Shown piece after piece: positions 55,986 to 64,000 of a DNA stretch of 64,000 nt. How positions within the stretch are numbered: position 1 is the stretch's first letter; every line of letters begins with the position of its first letter. The notes under the pieces are model-generated. The model had not been told where the DNA came from. It searched no databases and was given only the letters and a program-made list of their open reading frames with translations. This stretch comes from an uncultured virus (IMG/VR IMGVR_UViG_2814123177_000001) (lineage: Duplodnaviria; Heunggongvirae; Uroviricota; Caudoviricetes). A program made the translations under genes and the position numbers. Location: IMG/VR virus record IMGVR_UViG_2814123177_000001; one strand, written 5' to 3'.

Positions 55986-56981
55986 TTACCCGAGGCGCAA
56001 TGTACTCAAATTCACGTACAAAGAACTACGACCTTCCGCCCGAGCAACCGCATCCCTCAACGAAGCCACTCCGAACTTCATCAACGCCTCATTCGCGTCC
56101 TTCACCCGCTGATCCACTCGCACATGTCCGATTCGCACTCGCCCTTTCAACGCCTGCTCTATTTCCGCTCGTAACTTTTCGCCAGCCTTATCGTTATCCG
56201 TTGCGATGAGTAATTCTTCGATTGGCGACGTTAAAATTAAATCGCGCTTAAACTCGTTAAAACTTGCCCCGCCAGTAGCCAGCGCATCGTAGCCAGCAAC
56301 GCGCCAACTTAACGCATCAATCTCTGCCTCGCAAATTAATGCGGTCTTGCCTACTCGGTCGATTCCGAATAGCAACTCACGGATTGGCCACGCTCCTTTC
56401 GCATACCAAAACACCTTGCCGCGTGTTTGGCGATACTTTACGTTCGCAAGTCGGCCGTCCGCTTGTCTCCACGGTATCACGACCGCATGACTTTTCGCAT
56501 CGAACTTTATTCCTATTTCCGATTGGAAGTTCGCTCCAATTCCGCGCGACTCTAAATACGAATAATCCTCGGCGTATTGCGCCAGGAACTCGGCACCCAA
56601 CGCTTGCCTAATGCGCTGGGGCTTTACGTGTATTTTGCGCAATTGGATCGGCGCATTTTCGTCGGCTGCAAACGGAGCATATTCCGCCAATAAATAGTCT
56701 TCCGTTTCTTCCGCCGTTTCGTTGCGCAGGAATGCGAGTAATTTTACAAGGCCGCCGCTGGACCATTCGTTGTCATAGGCGCCGCTGTCGTGGAAGGTGC
56801 CCGCCGGATAGTCACCGTGTTGTTCGAGCCGCACGAAAAAGCTAGGCGTTCGATCATAGCGAAAAGGACTGGCTGCGATTAACTTGTCGCTGGACCAATT
56901 CGGTCGAGTCCATGCGAATTGTTCGAGTTCCGTACGTACGTCAATGTCAACCGGTTGATTGCGTATATATACCTCCGCCAA
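55986..56981 (-). CDS. DNA primase (TOPRIM)
   Basis: SPFRYDRTPSF, CEAEIDA, ATDND.AG, KDANE; TTG start after AAAGGAGG. Confidence 0.88.
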   Translation of the reverse strand: MAEVYIRNQPVDIDVRTELEQFAWTRPNWSSDKLIAASPFRYDRTPSFFVRLEQHGDYPAGTFHDSGAYDNEWSSGGLVKLLAFLRNETAEETEDYLLAEYAPFAADENAPIQLRKIHVKPQRIRQALGAEFLAQYAEDYSYLESRGIGANFQSEIGIKFDAKSHAVVIPWRQADGRLANVKYRQTRGKVFWYAKGAWPIRELLFGIDRVGKTALICEAEIDALSWRVAGYDALATGGASFNEFKRDLILTSPIEELLIATDNDKAGEKLRAEIEQALKGRVRIGHVRVDQRVKDANEALMKFGVASLRDAVARAEGRSSLYVNLSTLRLG

Positions 56982-57390
56982 TGGTAACGCCTCCTTTGTA
57001 ATAAACTTGTAATAATATCTTACAATAACAGTACACATGTACGCAATAGAAATGTTCGTAATAGCGAATTTTGTCGAATCTTAGTTTCGTGCTATTCATT
57101 AGTTTTCTTATAATCATCTGCACATTCTTTACAACAAAACACTTTTCCATATTGTTTGTAATCAAGACCTAACAGGGTTAAAACTTCACTTTTGCAATAT
57201 TCACATTTAGTACCATCAGAAAAATTCATTCATACCATTCCTTCACAATAGTTATCTACTTCTTATTTTTCAATTTATTTTCATAACGTACAACTACCTC
57301 ACATGCCCTGCAATAATAACTAACTACCTTTCTGTCCGGGTATTCTCGCCCGCATCTTTTGCAAATCTTCTTTTCCATAAACGCTTTCTC

Positions 57391-58737
57391 CTAAAATGCA
57401 AATTGTTTCGCCGCTTCCTCACCGGTTGGCAACTCTCGCAACACTCCATAATCGAATAATGCCGTCAATTCCAAGCGAAAATCCTCTCCGCCATTACGCC
57501 CCTTTTCGATACCTAACATCGCTATATGCTGCTTCTCTACGCTGTCAAATCCGATTAGATTCGTCGCAATATCGAGCAATCGTTTCGATGTTTTCACTTG
57601 GTCACGCGTCGGCATTTTCAACTCGCGTTCGCCAGCATCATCGGTTTGTTTTTTCTCAACGGTCGCCTGCACGGTATAAAAGCCAACGACATCATGATCG
57701 CCGATTATCTGCTCGAATCTAGTTGCCGCATATTCTGCCGCACCGCCAGCCGTTTTGTTTGCGTTCTTTCCATATACATCAGTCAGTCCGTAGAATGGGT
57801 CGATAACAACCGCATCCACTCCGCCTTGCATTAATTCGCGTTCTAAATCGTCGAGTGTTCTCGTTAATTCCTTTCCGCTTTTCCCTTGAAAGAATAACTG
57901 CCCCGGATAATAGGAATCCAGCGTGTCAATCACTTCTATGAATTTATCGCGAACAATATCGTCTAAATTTCCGCTAAGGATTTTCTTGTTCGGAATTCCT
58001 ACCTTACGCCCTAATTCGTCGACCAATAACTCGTCGGTTGCCGTTGCGATAGATATTAACCTCGCAATAGAAACGTATTCCTTTACTTCGTAAGATTTCC
58101 ATAAAACTTTCGCACCTTGACGCAATAATGAGTCGATGATTTTTGCGCTAAGGTATGATTTACCGCGACCTGATTCGCCCATGATTCCGTAAATGTCGCC
58201 GCTGAACCATCCGCCAATTTCCTGCGTAAGTCCTTTAAACGGCGTGTCCCAACGCTTGGCGGATTTCCCTTCTGCGCGCTTTTCATACTCCGCCTTGACG
58301 TCCGATTTAATTTCGGTCAGCGTTCGGCCAATTGATTTTCGAACACTTGTTCTCATTATAGCCGATGATAGGTCGTCTTGCAACCACTTTAGCACGTCAA
58401 CTCCGTTCGGAATTTCTTCGAGTTTCTTCGCTAGTTCGCCGCTATTTACAAGGTCGATTATGTGATTTTTCGCTGCTTGCCCTTTGATTTTACCCGCAAG
58501 ATATTCGTATTGATCGCTGACCATTGGCGTATAATTGAACGACGGGCATTGCGCCACCACGTTCGCATAGGAAGGTGCAGCGCCGCCGTTTTTCGCCGAG
58601 TAGTCCGTTATGAATCGATAGGTTGCCCGCTCGCCGTCCGTTGTCAGGTCGCGTTCGGTGATGCCGTACTTGACGAGTGCTTGCGGGTTATTTTCGTCGA
58701 TGATTTTCGAAAATAGTAAGTTTGCGTGTTGACTCAT
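57391..58737 (-). CDS. Replicative DnaB-like helicase
   Basis: GESGRGKS, SYE, VVIDPFY, EKGRNG. Confidence 0.88.
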   Translation of the reverse strand: MSQHANLLFSKIIDENNPQALVKYGITERDLTTDGERATYRFITDYSAKNGGAAPSYANVVAQCPSFNYTPMVSDQYEYLAGKIKGQAAKNHIIDLVNSGELAKKLEEIPNGVDVLKWLQDDLSSAIMRTSVRKSIGRTLTEIKSDVKAEYEKRAEGKSAKRWDTPFKGLTQEIGGWFSGDIYGIMGESGRGKSYLSAKIIDSLLRQGAKVLWKSYEVKEYVSIARLISIATATDELLVDELGRKVGIPNKKILSGNLDDIVRDKFIEVIDTLDSYYPGQLFFQGKSGKELTRTLDDLERELMQGGVDAVVIDPFYGLTDVYGKNANKTAGGAAEYAATRFEQIIGDHDVVGFYTVQATVEKKQTDDAGERELKMPTRDQVKTSKRLLDIATNLIGFDSVEKQHIAMLGIEKGRNGGEDFRLELTALFDYGVLRELPTGEEAAKQFAF

Positions 58738-58951
58738 TTCGTCAGCTCCTTTCGGTTGCTTATCCGTTTATCAGTACTTTATAACAAGTGATTATTCTTG
58801 GCAATACCGCCTAAATCGCTGTCCTTAATATCCATTGTTTACCAGCTATTGTTCTTATATGAAAGTATATTGTTCCACCATTAGATTTCTGTTCCACTCA
58901 CCCCAAATCACAGAACTAGGCCAAATATCACATTTTAATATTTTTTTTTAT

Positions 58952-59533
58952 TCATCGTTTGATTTCGCATATCTTCTTCAATTCCGCTTCCACTTCCGCA
59001 ATCTTTGCCGCATACTCCTGTTCGCCAGTCTCCGCGAACTTCTTACGATTCCAATTCGCAATATCCAGTAAGTTATCGATTTGGTCGGCGCGTTCCTTTC
59101 GGGCTGCCTTTCGCCTTTCCGCTTCCTGCGCTGACAATTCCCTTGCGGTCGGCTTGCGTGGTTCCTTCGGTTGTTTCCCGTACAGCATGCGCATCTCCTC
59201 CATTCCTCTATTAAACTCTCGCTCAATAATCTCGCTTTCTCTTTCGGTTAATGGCGACATGTAATCCGTCAAGTCAATCGTCGGCTGTCCGACCGTGGTT
59301 AAATATTCATCCGCGTTGGCTGCCGGCGCAACTAACGTTAAATCTTCGACGTCTGCTTCGAGCCATTCCAGCGTAAATGCTCCATGCAATTCGTATACCA
59401 TTTCGGTCCATTCTTCGTCGGGATATTCGTAATGTTCTTTGCGTCGACCATCTACGACGAATACTTGCGGCCAGTAGCCAGCGACACGGACCAAATCGCC
59501 GAAGTTAAATTGCGGTTTCTTTTCGTTGGTCAT
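58952..59533 (-). CDS. Hypothetical phage protein
   Basis: SH3-like N-terminus (FNFGDLVRV), helical C-terminus. Confidence 0.65.
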   Translation of the reverse strand: MTNEKKPQFNFGDLVRVAGYWPQVFVVDGRRKEHYEYPDEEWTEMVYELHGAFTLEWLEADVEDLTLVAPAANADEYLTTVGQPTIDLTDYMSPLTERESEIIEREFNRGMEEMRMLYGKQPKEPRKPTARELSAQEAERRKAARKERADQIDNLLDIANWNRKKFAETGEQEYAAKIAEVEAELKKICEIKR

Positions 59534-59723
59534 TCGGTTGCCTCCTTATCGTTGTAGCTATAGCGTTTAATAATTCATTGAGACTTACTTCGACTGCAAT
59601 ACGACTATATGTGAACGAATCAATTACTTCTTTTCTATGACGGAAGGTTTCGCCGACTCCCAATCCAGTTTGAATCGCGAATTGTATTAAGCATTTTCGT
59701 TCAAACACTATATCCTTGGTCAT
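59505..59723 (-). CDS. Hypothetical protein
   Basis: Operon packing. Confidence 0.45.
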   Translation of the reverse strand: MTKDIVFERKCLIQFAIQTGLGVGETFRHRKEVIDSFTYSRIAVEVSLNELLNAIATTIRRQPNDQRKETAI

Positions 59724-59919
59724 TCGACGGACTCCTTTCTGAACGTTGTGGAAATCGGAAACACCTCACGCCCATCATCGTTTATTATTTTGAATATTAG
59801 TTGGCTATGTGACGGATGAACTTGCGTAACTGTGTATGTCTTTCCCTTCGTTGTTCCGTCGGGGAAACCGCACCAAGCCACCGCGATTAATTTGTCGCCT
59901 ACTTTGATATCCCCGTTCT

Positions 59920-60675
59920 TCACTTTCGCATCCCCCTTTGCGATTTCCCTACGAACCCCAACTCGGCACATTGATCGCGCATTCTATCGTAAAGCCTCGC
60001 GTCAAATACTCGTTCCATTTCCACCAATGGCAAGTTCGAAGTGTACACCGTCGGCAATCCGTTCGTCACACGCGCATTAATTACTGCATGTAAGTCGCCG
60101 CGGAATGCCTCGGTTGCATTGCGGACACCAATATCGTCGAGCACTGCGAACGGCGCCGTCTTAGCTGCTTGCATTTGGCGATAATACTGACGGCTTGCCT
60201 CTTCGCCAATGTCGGCCGGAATGTTGCTGCGGTTAAACTCGTTGAACAACGTTTGCCAGGCGTTGACATCGAGCATATAAGCCGGAAGAGAACGCGCCTG
60301 CCTACCGCGCTTTAAACTTCCGATATAATGTTGCGTTAAATATTCATTCAAGATCGCGCTTGCTGTCGTCGTTTTACCCGTGCCAGGACTTGCGCTGTAA
60401 AGATAAAGCGATTTTATGCGGTCGCCAGTCACATCATCGAATTGCCGTTCGAATGTTCCTACGTATGCCTCCACCGATTTATATACTTTCGCTTGTTCCG
60501 CTCTTGCTGGCGAATTCGCTACCGTCACGAGTCTATAATCGTTGGGCACTCCACTCGCTCGCAGTCGGCTGTTCGTCGCGATGAAATGCGGGCACTGGAA
60601 ATTGCACGATTTGCCGTTCGCGACGGTGCAACGGTCGGCTAATACGCATTTGCTTGCGTGATCGTTCGTTGTCAT
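59920..60675 (-). CDS. DnaC/IstB-like helicase loader ATPase
   Basis: PGTGKTT, VLDDIG, PTVYTSN, RLYDR. Confidence 0.85.
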   Translation of the reverse strand: MTTNDHASKCVLADRCTVANGKSCNFQCPHFIATNSRLRASGVPNDYRLVTVANSPARAEQAKVYKSVEAYVGTFERQFDDVTGDRIKSLYLYSASPGTGKTTTASAILNEYLTQHYIGSLKRGRQARSLPAYMLDVNAWQTLFNEFNRSNIPADIGEEASRQYYRQMQAAKTAPFAVLDDIGVRNATEAFRGDLHAVINARVTNGLPTVYTSNLPLVEMERVFDARLYDRMRDQCAELGFVGKSQRGMRK

Positions 60676-61367
60676 TCGCTCACTCTCCTCTCTTTTTCTG
60701 CATAACATTCATTTACATATCTGATATAATCTTCTTTTGACATATCGTTTTCCTTAGCCAAATAGTCAATTAGTTTATCGAACTTCACAGTTTCAAGACT
60801 GTATCGGGAATTGTAGGATTTAAACCACTCGAAAGGGTTTTTATCACCTTTAGACCTATTTAAAGTATCTTCTATAAGAATCATATTCTCTTTTACTGAA
60901 CCTACTTTGCCCGTAGATAACGTAATGAAATGATCCCAAACTAAATTGGATTCTGCACCGCTCAACGCACACTTCCCTTGGAATGAATCTAAAATATCGC
61001 CTAATTCATTTTTAGTGATGGTCGCTGGCAATCCGAGATGTTTAGCTCTTTTTCTATGTTGAATCGCAGCCATTGCTAAAGGATTTTCTCTTGCCCACTT
61101 AGCAGAAGCATTTCTGCACTTATCGTAGTTTTCGACACGATATTTTTTATGACGTGATTTTTCTTTATCTTCATTAAGTTTCCTGTAAATTGCTTTTGCA
61201 GAACTTTCGCAAGATTTACATCTGGCATTTCGACCACCAACCCCTAATCTGTTTCGATAAAAATCGAATAAAGGTTTTGTTTCGTTGCAAACAGTACACA
61301 TTTTAGCATTGAATAGGTCACCATCTATATATAACTTTACAATTTTATGCGGGGAACCTGCGGGCAA
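60672..61367 (-). CDS. HNH-type endonuclease with N-terminal zinc finger
   Basis: CTVC...CKSC; CALSG...WDHFI...N...NRSK; AT-rich insert. Confidence 0.75.
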   Translation of the reverse strand: MPAGSPHKIVKLYIDGDLFNAKMCTVCNETKPLFDFYRNRLGVGGRNARCKSCESSAKAIYRKLNEDKEKSRHKKYRVENYDKCRNASAKWARENPLAMAAIQHRKRAKHLGLPATITKNELGDILDSFQGKCALSGAESNLVWDHFITLSTGKVGSVKENMILIEDTLNRSKGDKNPFEWFKSYNSRYSLETVKFDKLIDYLAKENDMSKEDYIRYVNECYAEKERRVSE

Positions 61368-61369
61368 TA

Positions 61370-62125
61370 TTATTCACTCCAATCGATTGTTAAATATTCG
61401 GCAGGCACGTCTAAACCTAATGCACGGCGCAACGCTATTGCACGCCCAATATGAACGTTAAAGCAGTCGGTCGGCGCACACTTGGCGATTCCTTTTGCTC
61501 GAATTTTACCGCTACTGACTCCACGCAGGAGGCAGACAACCGTACGCTTTTCTTTATTGACGATAAATTCAACGTTACATGACCACGGATCCCAACTATT
61601 CGGATCGTTAACGAAATATTGTTTACCGTTTCCTTTCGTATTTTTAAGACCCACCACATCGCGCTTTGCCTGTTCGATAATCTCATCGCGTTGTTGCTGC
61701 GGGGTTTTTAACGCACGTCTTGCCGCATTCCCTAATCGGTTTAATGCTTTAGCGATTTCCTCTCCGTTCAATTGAATCGAATGCCCAAATTGAACTACCG
61801 TTTCCTTTTGCGATTTGATTACAACTTCCGCCTGTGCCTTCGCCTTAATTGCGTCCAGTAACTCTTCGTATGAGTAGTCCGTTAGTTGCTTAGTTTCCAT
61901 TTCGTTTTCCTCCTTCGGATTAACTTCCTCGATAATAACTTCGTATTCACAATCCGCTACCCCTGCGTTTACTCCTTCGAATTGAACGAATACACTCTCT
62001 ACGCCTAAGCCTAACACTTCGCCCACATTTCCGTTTTTATACCGATGTTCCCAATCGTATTTATTCGTAATCAATATGCGTTCGCCTACTTTAGCCCTGC
62101 GTTTAACTGTGCGAAATTGTTTCAT
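61370..62125 (-). CDS. Conserved phage protein
   Basis: AKVGERI N-terminal domain; GIAKCAPTDCFNVHIGRAIALRRA C-terminal domain. Confidence 0.7.
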   Translation of the reverse strand: MKQFRTVKRRAKVGERILITNKYDWEHRYKNGNVGEVLGLGVESVFVQFEGVNAGVADCEYEVIIEEVNPKEENEMETKQLTDYSYEELLDAIKAKAQAEVVIKSQKETVVQFGHSIQLNGEEIAKALNRLGNAARRALKTPQQQRDEIIEQAKRDVVGLKNTKGNGKQYFVNDPNSWDPWSCNVEFIVNKEKRTVVCLLRGVSSGKIRAKGIAKCAPTDCFNVHIGRAIALRRALGLDVPAEYLTIDWSE

Positions 62126-62322
62126 GCGCTTTCCTCCCCGATAATAACTTCGTATTCATCCTCTAAAATTAGCGCATCTTCCGAGTACACTCCGTAACTA
62201 TCCGAATCTGTTACAGTCAGAATATCGCCGTCATCATAACGCGTTTCCATAAATTGCGCATGCGTAATTAGAATACGCTCTCCAACAAGAGCTTTACGTT
62301 TTACTGTGTGAAATTCTTCCAT
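62122..62322 (-). CDS. Small phage protein paralogous to the N-terminus of the next gene
   Basis: TVKRKALVGERILIT...EYEVII. Confidence 0.65.
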   Translation of the reverse strand: MEEFHTVKRKALVGERILITHAQFMETRYDDGDILTVTDSDSYGVYSEDALILEDEYEVIIGEESA

Positions 62323-62334
62323 CCCGCTCTCCTC

Positions 62335-62535
62335 CTATTCGTTTGGTGCATATGTCATGTCTTCGTCGTATCTTTGATTCGCCTTATTCCAAATTTCGTC
62401 ATTATCAGCGTTATTTACTTCGATGAACAAATAAATCAATTGCAAAACGTAACTATACTCTTCCGCCAATTTATTAAATTCCGCCTTCTTTTCCTCGCTT
62501 AAATCATCGAAAGGTATTACGTACTCATCTTCCAT
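62335..62535 (-). CDS. Hypothetical protein
   Basis: RBS GGAGGTG before MEDEY. Confidence 0.5.
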   Translation of the reverse strand: MEDEYVIPFDDLSEEKKAEFNKLAEEYSYVLQLIYLFIEVNNADNDEIWNKANQRYDEDMTYAPNE

Positions 62536-62649
62536 CCCGCTCACCTCCACTCGTTTTATTTTCGGTTCCTTATGCCTAGACGAATTAGTCCTACCGTTCC
62601 TACTGCACCGGTTATCACGCCAGTTAAAAATACGAATATGACCACGCAA

Positions 62650-63057
62650 TCACCACCAATCTTCGCTAATTTCTTCGAATTTCTGCGCCGTTTCCGCCTC
62701 GCGCTGTTCCCTCGCCACCGACGACTGTGCCGGCTGAAAGTTGCGATCCATATACGAATACATGAACGTAAATGTCGGGTACGGATATTCGTCCGGCTTG
62801 TTCGTGCGATATTCCGCCCAGCATATTTCGATGAATTGACGCAACACCGCATTACCGTATCGCCCTTGCGCCTGTTTCAGCATGCCACGTTCGCGCGCCC
62901 ATCGCGTTGACTTAGCGCCTCGACCGCCCGGCTGATAATCGGCGTTGTAGCGTTCGGCTGTCGTTTCGGTAATAAATGCGATGAATGTGCTAACGTTCCA
63001 GTCGGCGATATTTCGTGCGCGCCAGTCCGTTGCGGGCGGTAATTTCGGTTTAGTCAT
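62650..63057 (-). CDS. Hypothetical phage protein, possibly replication-associated
   Basis: Start MTKPK after AAGGGTGG. Confidence 0.6.
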   Translation of the reverse strand: MTKPKLPPATDWRARNIADWNVSTFIAFITETTAERYNADYQPGGRGAKSTRWARERGMLKQAQGRYGNAVLRQFIEICWAEYRTNKPDEYPYPTFTFMYSYMDRNFQPAQSSVAREQREAETAQKFEEISEDWW

Positions 63058-63388
63058 CGCTATCCCACCCTTCGATATATTGTTCGAGTCCATAATGCGA
63101 ATATTTATTAATTCGGTACTCTAATTCGGATAGAATTCCGAAATACTTTTCGTTTACCTTTCGCAATCTTTCGACTTCGGCAATGAGCGCTGGGATATCT
63201 TCGCGAGCATGTGCGATGAATTCCGCATCAATACTTCTATCTGCGAAAGCGATTGCGTCTGTAAATCCGCTACCAATCGGGTCTTCACGAACTATATCGG
63301 TATTGTGTGTGACAGTCCAGGCGCCTAATGACGCCTTTTCCGCGCGTTCTTTTATTGCGTTGAGTTGTTCCGTTGTTAACATCGTCAT
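63050..63388 (-). CDS. Ead/Ea22-like phage protein
   Basis: IKERAEKA...DAEFIAHAREDIPALIAEVERL. Confidence 0.65.
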   Translation of the reverse strand: MTMLTTEQLNAIKERAEKASLGAWTVTHNTDIVREDPIGSGFTDAIAFADRSIDAEFIAHAREDIPALIAEVERLRKVNEKYFGILSELEYRINKYSHYGLEQYIEGWDSDD

Positions 63389-63653
63389 TCCTCCTCACAT
63401 AAGACGTGTAATACTTTTCGCAATTCAGTTTTGCGAATACTAAACGTACTTCCGTTGTGGTGGTTAATTTCGATAAAGTCGCAATCATCTTCAAACGTAA
63501 CCTTATCGTCCACCCAATCGGTATGTTGTTTCGTTGTCAATTCGATTTTAATGTGCATTTTACCGCCTCATTTCCGTTTGTTTTAGCCGCCGAGACTTAT
63601 TGTATTCCGTGCTATTCATCGCGTCTGTATGCGCCACACATAGCGTGTGAAGG

Positions 63654-63980
63654 CTATGAGTTGATGCCGTCGATTGTGATTCCGAGAATTTGTATCGCTT
63701 TGTGAATTCCGTCTCTCTCAGCGTGTCTAATTAACCAAGAATGACTGGCGGCAGGTAGTGTATTCATTTCATCCGATAATTTATCGTAATACTCACGCAA
63801 TTTATCTTCGGGCGATTGCTCGACTTCGTATCCGTTGATTAGTGCGCTCATGAGTAAGTCAACGTTCTTTTTACCGGAAATTTCATAGGCGAATGATTGG
63901 ATATCCGTTTCTAGCTGCGATTTTGGTGTTCCGAAAATTATGCGGATAATCGAATAGTTATCTCGTCCCTCATTTCGCAA
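63654..63980 (-). CDS. Hypothetical phage protein, possibly 5'-truncated by the window edge
   Basis: ALINGYEVE motif common in Bacillus phage early genes. Confidence 0.55.
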   Translation of the reverse strand: MRNEGRDNYSIIRIIFGTPKSQLETDIQSFAYEISGKKNVDLLMSALINGYEVEQSPEDKLREYYDKLSDEMNTLPAASHSWLIRHAERDGIHKAIQILGITIDGINS

Positions 63981-64000
63981 AGATTCGATTGCGTTGGCTA

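Larger units (their letters stand above)
5197..64000 (-). mobile_element. Large temperate siphovirus prophage, continuing past the right edge; its integrase is not in the window
   Basis: Complete terminase, portal, capsid, tail and lysis modules plus replication and nucleotide metabolism genes and arbitrium; CG-dinucleotide-rich composition begins at the tRNA. Confidence 0.92.

Noticed and set aside
57040..57390. AT-rich gap between helicase and primase with short ORFs
   Set aside because: Only fragments with early stops; cannot support a gene call
8248..63705. Many plus-strand ORFs antisense to phage genes (e.g. 8248, 20560, 35377, 51297)
   Set aside because: Shadow frames of well-supported minus-strand genes with no recognisable motifs
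5197..64000. Assignment to SPbeta/phi3T
   Set aside because: Arbitrium and nrd genes are shared, but PolA, gpE-like capsid, short tape measure and gene order differ; no named phage can be assigned without a search

Overview
Bacillaceae-type DNA containing two adjacent mobile elements that meet at one tRNA-Leu(CAA) gene (5115-5196, minus strand). Left (1 to ~5110) is the AT-rich end of a genomic island: tyrosine integrase, DUF771-like excisionase partner, XRE regulators and a DUF1385-like membrane protein. Right (~5197 to beyond 64000) is a large temperate siphophage read mostly on the minus strand. It carries replication genes (DnaC-like loader, DnaB-like helicase, primase, SSB, PolA, clamp-like protein, RuvC), nucleotide metabolism genes (nrdIEF, PhoH, NTP-PPase, thyX, dNMP kinase), a multi-TRD C5 methyltransferase, a resolvase, and packaging, head, tail and lysis modules. 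Highlights: (1) a ParM / RHH / pilin-like / membrane / VirB4-HerA-like ATPase cassette with sporulation-sigma-like promoters, an antisense 21-aa glycine-zipper peptide and a candidate sRNA; (2) an arbitrium locus (aimR plus an aimP missed by the ORF track, ending MYIPGGGGGIGGG) directly upstream of a phage sigma-like gene; (3) a repeated candidate phage-sigma promoter TGCGCGA-N17-TATTAT; (4) a phage-side promoter apparently driving the shared tRNA; (5) paired virion and membrane SGNH esterases; (6) a tRNA-like RNA and a cloverleaf leader RNA. All family calls come from motif recognition by eye; no database search was run.
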